The notes under the pieces are model-generated. The model saw nothing but the letters and a program-made list of their open reading frames with translations, did not search any database and had not been told where the DNA came from. A stretch of DNA of 64,000 bases from contig NC_057720.1 of the NCBI RefSeq assembly GCF_004010195.1, positions 17,673,153 through 17,737,152 of the forward strand, given 5' to 3'. This DNA is from Chiloscyllium plagiosum (taxonomy: Eukaryota). Position numbers and translations under genes: made by a program. Below are positions 23,600 to 36,600 of this stretch, piece after piece. Position 1 is the stretch's first letter. Every line of letters begins with the position of its first letter.

Positions 23600-25690
23600 T
23601 TACAGATAGCAACAGCCTAGAGACATAAAAATAAATTTCTGGAGACACTCAGCAGATCTGGCAGAATCTGTGGACAGAAATCAGAGTTAACATTTTGAGT
23701 TTAGTGATCCTTCTTCAGAAGGGACAGTAGCTAAGACCATGTGGAATATATACTGAAGAGGGAAGAGGCAGAGGGAAAGAGGTGTGTCTATGTAGTGGAA
23801 AGAGTAAGCTGAGAGGTGAGGGTAGAGACCAGAAAGAGAGAATAAGTTTTACGCAGACAATGGGATGGATGGTAGTATGCCAAGTTGAATGAAAAGCTGA
23901 CAGTGACAAGATAAGGAAGTGAAAATGGGTTGCCTGTGCTGAAAGCAATCCATGGCACAACAGGGCCTGGAATGTGGGGGTTGGTAAAGGACATAGAAAA
24001 AAAGTATTCAGGTTCTAAAATTATTGAGGTCAAGATGGAGTCCTGAAGGCTGCAGGGTAACCAAGCGGAAAATGAGATACTGTTATGTCAGCCTACATTG
24101 GAGCCTTGCTGGACACTGCAGCAGGCCAAACAGAAATGTTGGCCAGGAACATGGTGGTGTGTTGATGTTGCAGGGAATTTAAAGCTCACGGTAATTCTTG
24201 CAGACAGAACAAAAGTGTTCTGCAAAACGGTTACTCAGTCCTGTGTTTCATCTCCCCAGTGTAGACGAGTCCACATTATGAGCAGTGACGACAGTACTTT
24301 ATATTGAGTGAAATGCAGGTAAATTACTGCTTCATCTGGAGGGTGTGTCTGGAGCCTTGCATAGTGAGGAGGGAGGAAGTAAATAGGGAAATGTTATTCC
24401 TTCTATGATTGCATGGAAATATGTCACGGGGATATGGTGTGGGATGTTGGGAGTGGAGGAAGAGTGGAACATGATGTCCCAGAAAAAACAGTCCCTGTGG
24501 AATGGTGACAAGGGATGGGAATGTGTGTCTGGTGGTGATATCTTGCCAGTGGTGTCAAAAATGGTGGCTTGTGATCCTTTGGATGCAGATACTGGCAGAG
24601 TGGAAAGGGGGATCCAATCTGTGTTGTGGGAGAGAAAAGGTGAGGGCAAAAATGCAGGAAGCAGATTGGGCAGGGCTGAGGGCCCTATCAACCATGGTGG
24701 CAGAGAATCCTGGATTGAGGGAAAAGGTGAATGTTTCTGAGGTTACCCCTGTGGAAGATGGCATCATCAGAACATAGGCAATAGAGATAAAGAAACTGGA
24801 AAAATGGAATGGAGTCTTTACAGGAAGCAGAGTGTGATGATGTTTAGTACTGTAACTGTGGGAGTCAGTGGGTTTATAATAGATGTTAGTGGAGAGCCAA
24901 TTTCCAGAAATGGAAACAGAAATGTCAAGGAGGGGAAGGAGTCAGAGATGGATCAGATGAAGGTGAGAGCAAGGTGGAAATTATAAGTAAAATTAATAAA
25001 TTTTTTCAATTTTGAACAAGAGGAGGAAGCAGCACTGATGATGTCATTGATCATACTGGAGAAAAAGAGTTGTGAGGAGGGATTTAAGCAGGATTGCAAT
25101 AAGAAATTTTCACATATCCCACAGAAAGGAGAAGACATAATTAGGGTCCATGCAGGTACTAATGGCTACTTTTTTGATGTGAAGAAAGTGAGAGGAGTTG
25201 CTCAAAGACAGGACAAGCTTGGTCAGGCAGAGGAGAGTGATGGAGAGTGGGGACGGTGTGTAAAAGGAGTGAAAGAAGAAGTGAAAGGCCCTGAGACCAT
25301 AGTGATGTAGGATGGACGTGATGAAGGCAGCTGACGCCCATGAACTGGAAACTTTCAAACTCACAAATGGGAAGGGACTAGACAAAGGCAAAAAAGTTAA
25401 ATCAGGGTAGGAAGAGATAGGTTCCACGGGGCAGAAACAATGGGTCTGTCTGGATAGTTCTGTTTGTGGATTTTGGGAAGAAGGTAGAAGTGGGCTGTAA
25501 GGGTTTGGAGGACTGAGAGCTTGGAGGCTGTGGCGGGGAGGGGATTCCCAGTTGAGATTAGGTGATCACTGTGGACACAATAACCTGATGTCCAATTGTG
25601 AGGTCAGCATCTAGGAAGAGATATGAGAAAGTGTCCAAGACCTGGTGCTCAGACTCCACAATGTAGAGATCAGTCCGCTAGACATCACTC
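23600..25690 (-). mobile_element. Degenerate Penelope-like element (RT plus GIY-YIG, pLTR with decayed hammerhead near 23685-23720) between the two 3' UTRs
   Basis: KKVAISTCMDPNY resembles the PLE RT motif GVAMGTxMGPSY; homologous to the 34200-36545 copy. Confidence 0.75.
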
Positions 25691-26049
25691 ATTAGGCCCA
25701 GAAGGGGCACTGTTGGGATCAGTCATGAGTTTGCATAACGTGCAATGAACTGACTGAGGTAGCTGCTATTATGCAATGTTGAAACATGTAATAACTCAGT
25801 GATGCTCTCAGAGTCCTACTAGTATATAGTTGAGTTTTATTTCAAATATAAAATACATAACTAAGATTCTTCAGTAGTATAGGGAGTGAATTTTTCAGTG
25901 TTCGCTGTCATTACTGCTCTGAAGCAATTTCAGAATCCACGTAAGTGCAGGTAAACATGGAAATAAATGTATCCTTTTATGTTATTGGTGTGGCTGTTAA
26001 AATTCCTTTCATGGGAAAGTAAAACTCATTTCTCAGAGATTTTTCTGAG

Positions 26050-27029
26050 GGCTACATGGTGGCTCAGTGGTTAACACTGCAGCCTCACAGCACCAGGGAC
26101 CCGGGTTCGATTCCAGCCTCTGGCAACTGTCTGTGTGGAGTCTGCACATTCTCCCCGTGTCTGTATGGGTTTCCTCCCAAAGTCCAAAGATGTGCAGGTC
26201 AGGTGAATTGGCCATGCTAAATTGCCCAAAGCGTTAGGCGCATTAGTCAGAAGGAAATGGGTCTGGGCGGGTTACTCTTTGGAGGATTCTGGATTAGTGG
26301 TGCTGGAAGAGCACAGCAGTTCAGGCAGCATCCAAGGAGCTTCGAAATCGACGTTTCNNNNNNNNNNNNNNNNNNNNNNNNNNNNNNNNNNNNNNNNNNN
26401 NNNNNNNNNNNNNNNNNNNNNNNNNNNNNNNNNNNNNNNNNNNNNNNNNNNNNNNNNNNNNNNNNNNNNNNNNNNNNNNNNNNNNNNNNNNNNNNNNNNN
26501 NNNNNNNNNNNNNNNNNNNNNNNNNNNNNNNNTCTTCGGCAGAGTGGGAGGGGGAGTTGAAATTTTGGGCCACGGGGCGGTTTGGTTGATTGGTGCGGGT
26601 GTCTCGGAGATGTTCCCTAAAGCGCTCGCTAGGAGGCGCCCAGTCTCCCCAATGTAGAGGAGACCGCATCGGGAGCAACGGATACAATAAATGATATTAG
26701 TGGATATGCAAGTAAAACTTTGATGGATGTGGAAGGCTCCTTTAGGGCCTTGGATAGAGGTGAGGGAGGAGGTGTGGGCACAGGTTTTACAGTTCTCTCC
26801 ACGCTCCAGGTTCAATGCCTTTATTCCTGATGAAGGGCTTTTGCCTGAAACGTCGATTTTGAAGCTCCTTGGATACTGCCTGAACTGCTGTGCTCTTCCA
26901 GCACCACTAATCCAGAATCTGGTTTCCAGCATCTGCAGTCATTGTTTTTACCTACTCTTTGGAGGGTCAGTGTGGACTTGTTGGGCTAAATAGCCCGTTT
27001 CCACACTGTAGGGAATCTAATCTAATCTA
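26050..27029 (+). mobile_element. HE1-type V-SINE split by a nested PLE
   Basis: SINE head at about 26050; tail resumes at 26966 and ends in (AATCT)n. Confidence 0.85.
26273..26965 (-). mobile_element. Truncated Penelope-like element with GIY-YIG endonuclease fragment, inverted pLTR arms, hammerhead motif (26825-26856) and perfect 13-bp TSD
   Basis: CKTCAH...[26 protein letters not shown]...FREHL; TACTCTTTGGAGG at 26273-26285 and 26953-26965. Confidence 0.9.
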
Positions 27030-27223
27030 AAACCTTTTCTTCGAAGTCTATGGTGAGTCTCATCACTTTGCTACCAACCAAAAAGTCTGGGACTGCACAT
27101 TTTCTGAATAAATTAATCAATAAGTTTTCAAGATATTTTTCTCTCCTGTCTCTATTATTTGGTGAGAATAGCTCCCATTGCCTACATATGAAACATGATA
27201 TTTAAGTAGTTCTATGTGGCTCT

Positions 27224-27229
27224 TTTATT
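27224..27229 (-). terminator. Candidate GLMN polyadenylation signal AATAAA
   Basis: TTTATT on + about 280 nt downstream of the GLMN stop. Confidence 0.45.
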
Positions 27230-27511
27230 TACAAACATCATTTCGTCATTAATTCTTAACTACCCGCAGGTGTTCATTGTAATCATTAGAAACTTAAGCA
27301 GTGACAAATAAAACTGAAAATTCTTCTCAAACTTCAAATACATTTGTATACTATGACCTCATCTGTGTAGTCTCTTTAATATGAATACCTGATGAAAGTA
27401 TTTGAAATTATCCTGCATAAAGACTGGCTTGAAGAGGAGCATTTAAAGTGAATTCCTCTAGTTGAGACTAGGAAGTCAGAAATTATATTCTTCCAATTTT
27501 CACACTGTTCC

Positions 27512-27637
27512 CTAAATAAACGATGAAGCCACATTTTTCTCTTCTGCTCGGGATTTCATCTTTGCCTCAACTAGCTCCTCTATGCGTGCTTGTACACTTT
27601 CCATTACATCAAATGTGTAGATAGCTGACTGCAGAAC
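27512..27637 (-). CDS. GLMN: GLMN last coding exon ([24 protein letters not shown]...SSFI*)
   Basis: Acceptor ttgtttcag|; TAG stop; resembles the human C-terminus VLHSALFTFDLIESVLARVEELIE as recalled. Confidence 0.94.
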   Translation of the reverse strand, partial: VLQSAIYTFDVMESVQARIEELVEAKMKSRAEEKNVASSFI

Positions 27638-30600
27638 CTGAAACAATAACAAATAAAAGGAATAAAATGACATACACTTAAGGGAATGTAAAACAGCAAC
27701 TTGAAAACAGTGATGAATATCAAAATATTCAATCAGCAAGACATTTACCTCCAACTGCATAGCTGTGGTCATTTTTGGTAACTTTTTACCACCAACTGTC
27801 AACGAACATTGCATTTCACATTCAACGGTATCTGTAATCATTAAAGTGAAATGGAATAATGTACCTTGCACTTGCTGAGATAGCTTTTTTGCTTTTACCG
27901 AATTTTTTATTGGCAGAATAATAAATACTTCAAACTAAGTTATAGTTTCCAGTGTACCCTTCAACCTGTTAGGAGTCAAAAAGGCTGGAGTTCCATTCAT
28001 TGTTTACACAAGCAGTGGTTTTGTAGAATCAGCAAATTTAGCTTCACTCACCAAATGGAAAGTACACTTCACCTGTTTTTTGTTGTCAGGATGTCAAATG
28101 GAATAACGTATGATCTCTATTCAAGATAACAACACAAAACACATTTGTTATGGAAATACAGTTAAATACCACGGTTCTATTTGAATAACCTACCTTTGGT
28201 TTTCTGGTTCTCTCTTTTGTTTCTCATCTCTGCTTCATAATGAGCCCTAGACATATTCAAAGCAGTGCGCAGTGGTTTCAGGAAGCTATCAATCCAGAAA
28301 AGATTAGTCCATAATCCAGTCTACAAAAGGTTAGAAAATGTATAAATTGTTTAACAGAATCAAGATTTAATCCATTGAGACAATAAATTGAATGATTATG
28401 AAATATGAATTTCTTTCACTTTTGATTACTGGTGTCTAGAAATTCTGCGTTGCTGCTGCAAGTTCAGCAAAGGACTTCTATCTGTTAAACTGCCCTCGCA
28501 ATGACAGTTTCTTAAATCCCAAAGCTGTCTGCAAAAATGATGTGGACAGCCCGGTCATTATGTCACATCCAAGACATCCAACTAGCAAATACACCGTGGG
28601 CGGCACGGTGGCACAGTGGATAGCACTGCTGCCTCACAGCGCCTGAGACCCGGGTTCAATTCCTGCCTCAGGTGACTGACTGTGAAGTTTGCACATTCTC
28701 CCCGTGTCTGCGTGGGTTTCCTCCAGGTGCTCCGGTTTCCTCCCACAATCCAAAGATGTGCAGGTCAGGTGAATTGGCCATGCTAAATTGCCCGTAGTGT
28801 TAGGTAAGGGGTAAATGTAGGGGTGTGGGTGAGTTGCACTTCGGCAGGTCGGTGTGGACTTGTTGGACCGAAGGGCCTGTTTCCACACTATAATGTAATC
28901 TAATCTAAAATGAGCTGGAACTTTGGTACAGCACCTTGTTACTCCAGATTTATTGCATTCCCACTGGTAATTTGCATTAGGAAATGATGGTATGGGCCCT
29001 GATTACATCATATGTACTGCAACCAACAGACATTTTTTAGAATCTTTTCTTGCTAACGGCACCAAAACATGAAGGCCAGGTAAATTAAGTTGAGGTACAT
29101 ATCAATCTCCAGGAAGTGATCACTAATTAAACTTAAGTCAAATATAAAAACTGTATAAATAAAATAGATTTTTCTTAAAAACCAAATTTTTAAATTAAAT
29201 ACTCACTTGATTCTCCCACTCATTATCCCTAATTACAAGGTACCTTAGAAGATTCAGCGATGCCATGATCCTAATACAAAAAAGAAATTCAAAAAACCAT
29301 GAAAAGTCCTGCTTGTCAGTACCCAACTTAAAATCTTTACTTTCAGTGACAAAGAAATTGTTTATCATTGTAAAGAACAAAATACATTACATTCTTATTT
29401 TACCTGCTTGATAATCAAAAAGGTAGGCTCTATTAATGATTCAGTAAGTTTCCGGCATGTAGCTAAGTCAAAAAAGATGGAGCTATAGGAATACAACATA
29501 TCAGTATCCTCAGAAATACAGATGGGAAACATCAGACAGGATCTCGACACTCCTACCCATATTGTGATTCCACCTGAAATTATGCACTTTGATGGCTAGA
29601 TTAGGCTTTGTTCTGATGTTTCTGATAGCTAATTAGCATCATCTAGGCTCAAATCTGCATAGGACGAAACGTATGTGTGGATTATGGTGCCTCTGAAGCT
29701 ATAAAATCAGCTATCAGTTAAAAATACTGGGTATGGTTTGAGAAAATAAGAACAAAAGATGAGGAAAAGCAACACTCCCTCTAATTGTTTTCGAAGTGTA
29801 TGTATGTTTTATATACATGTAGCCCCTTTAAGTGTTTCTGTGCAGCCATACACCAGCAGTGATATTTCAAGAGATTACTGTGCATGGTGTCCTGGAAAGT
29901 TTTGCTGTGCTATACGAATGTGCAGTTTAAATGGAATATTGTAGAAAATTTAATATAGAAATCACTTACTTGCTTAGCAGTATACAACTCATTTTAATTG
30001 CCCTGTGAAGCAACGTTGCATCATTGCCAACAAGAGGCCAAGCTGAGTAACCTAATTGCTTCCAAGTCATGGCTTACTCCACAGTCAACCAGGGTGTTAT
30101 AATGTTAAAAATAAAACTGTGCAACACCAGGTTATAGTCAACCAGCCATGTTGACAACCACATGATGAAGGAGCAGCACACCGAAAGCTAGTGCTTCCAA
30201 ATAAACCTGTTGGATTACAACCTAGTGTTGTGTGATTTTTAACTTTGTCCACCCTAGTCCAACACTGGCACCTCCAAGTCAAGGTGTTATAATAGCAGTT
30301 CTGTGATCCTTCCATCTTGGAGACAAGCTGAAAAATGTGTTGCTGGAAAAGCGCAGTAGGTCAGGCAGCAAAGGAGCCGGAGAATCGATGTTTCGGGCAT
30401 AAGTCCTTCTTCAGGCCCGAAACGTCGATTCTCCTGCTCCTTTGATGCTGCCTGACCTGCTGCGCTTTTCCAGCAACACATTTTTCAGCTCTGATCTCCA
30501 GCACCTGCAGTCCTCACTTTCTGCATCTTGGAGACAAGCACCTAGTGTACATTTTAAACCCATTTATTGTGACAAAATGCTTATTGAAATCACAGGTTGA

Positions 30601-33600
30601 GCCAGGGTTTTTGGGCTAACCCATTGTTACCTGTTTAATCCTGATCCTAAATCAAATGTATTGAAACCTACCTATCGGAGTTTTGAAGCAAGTCTGTTTC
30701 TGCTCCTTCAGGAAGTGAAAGGACTGAATGAAGTAAAGGAATCAATTGTGGGCCTGAGAACCACACATTTTCATTGCCAGGCTGAAAGCAAACAAAAAGG
30801 TTAAAATGTATAAAGAAACAAAATTTTAAAAAGTGGGGTGTAGAAGGGTAATGAAGGAAATATTTAGAAATCTACAGTCAACATTAGGTTGCACTTCAGC
30901 TTGGCTACTAGTTGGTCAGAAAAATACAGCACATCATCTGAAATATTTAAGCATGTGTTTGGTTATAAAGCGGTTATCATTAAGTCAAAGCAATGCAAAA
31001 CTGACTTCGTCAGGTGGTGTTGCAATCAAAGTAAAGCTTAGAATAGGAACAAATTACTGCAGATGCTGGAATCTGTACTGAAAGCAAATGCTGGAGATCA
31101 CAGCGGGTAAGACAGCATCCATAGAGACAGGGCAAGAAATGTTTTGAGTCTAGATGACTCTTCATCAGAGGAGGAGACAGAATTTATGTTATAGTTTGGG
31201 AGGGGTTAGGATGAGGTTAGTGGGTGTAGAGTGATGATGGAGAAAAGATGTTGATAGTTCAGATTGAATGTTCAGAATATGAGAATGGCAGAACAATGGT
31301 GTGATATGCCAGACTTGAAAGGCCAGTAAGTGGGATGGGGGAGGGGAGGACATAGAATGATACAGCACAATACAGGCCCTTCAGCCTTCAATGTTGTGCC
31401 AGCCTTCTATCCTATTCTAAAATCAGATTAAGGTACATACCTTTCATTGTACTAACATCCATGTGCCAATCCAATTGTCGCTTAAATGTCCCTAATGTAT
31501 CTGACTCTACTACCACTGCTGACAGTGCATTCCAAGTATCCATCACTGAGTAAAGAACCTACCTCTGACATCTCCCCTAAACCTTCCTCTAATTACCTTA
31601 AAATTATGATCCCTCGAGATAGCCATTTTTGCCATGGGAAAAAGTCTCTGGCTATCCACACTATCTATGCCTCGCAACATCTTGTACACCTCTATCAAGA
31701 TACCTTTGATCCTTCTTCACTCCGATGAGAAAAGCCCTAGTTTCCTCAGCTTTTCTTCGTAAGATACGTCCTCCAGTCTAGGCAGCATCTTGGTAAATCT
31801 TCTCTGCATTCTTTGTAAAGCTTCCATATCTTTCCTGTAATGAGGTGACCAGAACTGAACACAATACCTCAAGTCTGGTCTAACCAGAACTCTACAGAGC
31901 TGCAGCATAACCTCACGGCTCTTAAACTCAATCTCCCTGCTAATGAAAACCAACACACCACACACTTTTCTAACAACCCTATCAACCTGGGTGGCAACTT
32001 TGAGGGATCTGTGGACATAGACTTCAAAATCCCTCTGTTCTTTCATACTGCCAAGAAGCCTGCCCTTAACTCTGTATTTGGCATTCAAATTCAACCTTCC
32101 AAAATGAACCACTTCACACTTTTCCAGGTTGAATTCCATCTGCCACTTATCAGCCCAATTCTGCATCATGTCAATGTCTCGTAACCTATGACAGCCCTCC
32201 ACACTATCCACAACTCCACCAACCATCATGTCATCAGCAAATTTACTAACCCACCGTTCCACTTCCTCATCCAAGTCATTTATAAAAATCACAAAGAGCA
32301 GAGGTCCCAGAATTGATCCCTGCGGAACACCACTGGTCACCAAGCTCCAGGCTGAATACTTTCCATCTACCACCATTCTCTGCCTTCTATGGGTCAGCCA
32401 ATTCTGTATCCAGGTTTCCCTGTATCCCATTTCTTAGTTTCTGAATGAGTCTACCATGGAGAACCTTATCAAACGCTTGCTAAAATCCATGTACACACAT
32501 CCATTGTTCTATCTTCTTCAATGTGTTTTGTCACAGCCTCAAAGAATTCAATAAGATTTGTGATGCATGACCTGCCCCTCACAAAGCCATGCTGACTATC
32601 TCTATGGTTTTCCAAGTAATCATAAATCCTGTCTCTCAGAATCCTCTCCAATACTTTTCACGCCACAGACATAAGACTGACTGGTCTGTAATTCCCAGGA
32701 TTATCCCTTTTCCCTTTCTTCAATAAAGGGAATAACACTAACCATCCTCCGATCATCTGGCATCACTCCAGTGGACAGTGAGGATGTAAAGATCATTGCC
32801 AAAGGCGCAGCAAACTCGTCGCTCGCTTCCTGTAGTAACCTAGGGGATATCCCATCTGGCCCAAGGGATTTATCTATCCTTATGTTTTTCCAAAATTTTC
32901 AGCACATCCTCCTTAACATCAAACTGTTCTACCATTTCAGTATGTTTCATACTGTCCTCAGAAACGTCAAAGTTTCTCTCAGTCGTGAATACTGAAGCAA
33001 AGTATTCATTAAGGTCCTGCCCTATTTCCTCCGACTCCTGGCACAAGTTCCCTCCACTATCCATGATCGGCCCTACCTTCACTCTGGCCATCCTCGGTTC
33101 CTCACATATGTGTAAAATGCCTTAGGGTTTTCCTTAATCCTACCTACCAAAGTTTCTTCATGCCCCCTTCTAGCTCTCCAAAGTCCATTTTTCAGTTCCT
33201 TCCTGGCTACCTTGTAACTCTCTAAAGCCCTGTCTGATCCTTGCCTCCTCAACCTTAAGTAAGCTTCCTTCTTCCTCTTGACTAGATTTTCTAAATGCCT
33301 TGTCATCCAAGGTTCTTTCAACCCTTCCTTGCCTCAGTGGGACAAACCTGTCCAGCACTATCAGCAGGTGCTTCCTAAACAACCTTCACATTTCTGTTGT
33401 GCATTTCTATGAAAACATTTGTTGCCAATCTAGGTGTCTCAGTTCCTGCTTAAAAACATTAATTCCCCCATCCCCCAATTAAATACTTTCCCACACTATC
33501 TGCTCCAATCTCTCTCCATGAGTATAGTAAGGGTCATGGAGTTGTCATCACTATCACCAAAATGCTCTCTCACCAAGAGATCTGACACCTGGCATAGTTT

Positions 33601-36600
33601 GTTGCCAAGCATCAAATCCAATATGGCCTCACCTTGAGTCAGCCTATCTACATATTGCATTAGGAACTCTTCCTGGACACACCTGACAAAAAGTGTTCCA
33701 TCCAAACTATATGAACTAAGCAGATTCCAATCAATATTAGGGAAGTTAAATTCACCCATGACAACAATCCTGTTACTTCTACACATTTCCAAAATCTGCC
33801 TCCCAAATTCTCCTCCGTGTCTCTCTTGCTACTGGGGGGCCTGTAGAAACCTCCCAATAAAGTGACTGCTCTTTTCCTGTTTCTGACTTCCACCCATATT
33901 GATTCTGTAGACAAACCTTCCTCTCCCCTTCTACAACTGTGATACTAACCCGGAGTAGCAATGCCATTCCTCAAGCTCTTTTATCTTCCCCCCCATTCCT
34001 TTTGAAACATCTAAACCTGGAACATTTCTGCCCCTGTGATATCCAAGTCTCCGTAATGGCCACAACATAGTTCAAGTACTGATCCATGCTCTGCGTTCAT
34101 CACCCTTATTCCTGATGCTTCAACCCATCACTCCTCACAGACTCTCTGCTCACTGTATCTGGCTGTTCACTACTAATTCCATTACATGATCTGTAGCTCA
34201 GGTCCCCACATTATAACAAGCTCAAAAGAAAAGGAAGAAATGGGAGTTGGTTCAAAATTTAAAAGGTGTTGAACTCAATATTAAGCCCAGAAGGCTGTAA
34301 AGTGCCTAGTCTGAAGATGAGGTGATGTTCCTCCAGTTTGCACTGTGATTCACTGGAATACTGCAGCATGCAGACAACAGACGTGGGCATTAAGCGGGAT
34401 CCACACTGAGACGCACATCAACTATGCCCAGAGGAACATCAATTCTGTTAAAGACACTCTTTGGTCTGCCCAAAACTTGTTGGTGTTCCAGTTGAAGGAA
34501 TTGACCCCACCCAAGTGTTGCAGACTGGCACATTCTAAGGTCCAGAAATACATGCTGAGGGATGCGCTGAAGTTTGGGGCAGCTGCCGACAGGGTCTTTG
34601 GGGAAAGAACACAGTGTAAGGTCCTTCAGCCGAAGAATAACAGGGGTCCATTCAGTAATTGGGCCTTGCTGATGCCTCAGCTAAATCCCAAGAGGTTGAC
34701 TGCAAATACAAGGAATGGTGAACATCAAAGACTTAATTTGTTCTCTAAGTTAAACGAGTATAGATATAAATGGCCCCATTAACTGTATAGGTACCAAAGA
34801 TTTTTTTCTATGAATAAAGTATATTTTTGCAATAAATAAATAAAATTGAGCAGGACGCGGTGTTAAAATGACTGGGAATGCTTAGACACAGACCGGAGGT
34901 ATTCTGCAAAGCAGTCACCCAGTCTGCATTTGGTTTCTCCAATGTAGAGTAGGCCATACTGGATGCAGCAAGTCCTACACACAAGATTGGAGCAGGTACA
35001 GGTGAAATGCTGCTTCATCTGGAAAAACTGTTTAGGCCCTTTAATAGTGAACAAGGAGGTGAAGGGGCAGGTGTTGCACCTTCTGTAGTTACATGGGAAT
35101 GTGCCATGGAGAAGGAAGTTTGGTGTTGGCGGTTGTGGAATGGACCAGGGTGTCCCGAGGGAATGATCCCAGTGAAATTTAAATGTGGGTGTGTGAGGGG
35201 AAGATGTGTTTGGTGTTGACGTTTTGCTGGAGTTGTCTGAAATGGCAGAGAATGATCCTTTGAACGTGGAGGCTAGTGGGATGAAAAGTGAGGACAAGGG
35301 GAACCCGATCACGCTGTTGTGAGTGATGGGAAGGAGCAAGGGCAGAAGCATGAGTGATAGGTTGGATGCGGGTGAGGACTGTGGGCAGAAAACCACAGTC
35401 ATGAAAGAAGCATCTTTTCTTGTACATTGATGACTACTTTGGTGCTGCTTCATGTTCCTGTCAGGTCTTTAAACTTTATTAATTTTGCCTCCAATTTCAA
35501 CCCCTCTATAAACTTTCACATCATCCATTTCTGACACTTCCTGTCCTTGACCTGTCTCCATTTTGGGGAATAAACTGTCCATTGACATCCACTAACTCCC
35601 ATAGCTACATTCATTACAACTCTTCACATGCCATGTCCTGCAAGGACTCCATCCCATTCTCCCAGTTCCTTTCCCTATGTCCCATGTTCGGATGATGCCA
35701 TCTTCCAAAACAGCGCTGCTGACGTGAGTTACTTCTTCCAAGACTTACTTCTTCACCAGCCTCCACATCCAAAGGATCATTTGCCACCATTTCAGACAAC
35801 TCCAACAGAACACCACCACCAAACATATCTTCCTCTCACTCCTCTTGTCTGCATTTCGCAGGAATCATCCCCTCCAGGACACTGTAGTCCATTCCACAAC
35901 CCACCCACTCTAACACCCCACTCCACAGCACCTTCCCATGTAACTGCAGAAGGTGCAACACCTGCCCCTTCACCTCCTCCCTGCTCACCATCCAAGGGCC
36001 TAAAATGTCTTTCCAGGTGAAGCAGGGTGACTGCTTTGCAGAATACCTCCAATGTTGCACAAGCAGGACCCTGACCTTCCTGTAGCTGGTCATTTTAACA
36101 GTGTCCTGCCTGCATGCTCACATGTCTGTCCTTGGCATGCTACAGTGTTCCAGTGAATCCCAGCGCAAACTGGAGGAACAACACTTCATCTTCAGACTAG
36201 GCAATTTACAGCCTTCTGGAGTTATTGAGTTCAACACCTTTAAATTGTGAACCAACTCCCATTTCTTCCTTTTCTTTTAGTTGGTTATCATGTCCCCCCT
36301 CCTCCCAATGCACTTACTATCCTTTCAAGACTGGCAGGAGACACACCATTGTTCTGCCATTCTCAGATTGCGATCACTTAATCTGAATTATCAGCACCTT
36401 TGCTCCAATAGCACCCTACACCCACTTCACCCACCCGCCCCAAACTACAATATAAATGCTGTCCCCGCCAAGCTTCACTTAAGCTCTGAAGAAGAGTCAT
36501 CTAGACTCTAAACGTTAGCTTGCTGTCTGACCCACTGAGATCTCCAAATCTCAGGAAGTGACTGATTTAATTCCAATTATACAGTTATATTGTTGCGGTG

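Larger units (their letters stand above)
31055..36545. mobile_element. Large foldback Penelope-like element (left arm 31055-31350 plus about 34208-35450 on -; right arm about 35455-36545 on +) with nested CR1 and Tx1-like LINEs
   Basis: GIY-YIG GTFPC..RCNTCP...[19 protein letters not shown]; arms are reverse complements; hammerhead-like motifs at about 31138-31170 (-) and 36484-36518 (+). Confidence 0.8.

Noticed and set aside
29526..29717. Short inverted repeats (GAAACATCAGA/TCTGATGTTTC; CTGATAGCT/AGCTATCAG) as a possible ncRNA hairpin
   Set aside because: Stems are only 9-11 bp with long spacers, and no snoRNA or miRNA hallmarks are recognisable.
31717..32430. 237-aa reverse-transcriptase ORF as a possible domesticated gene or retron-like system
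   Set aside because: It is an ordinary CR1 ORF2 fragment, with frameshifts and stops on both sides.
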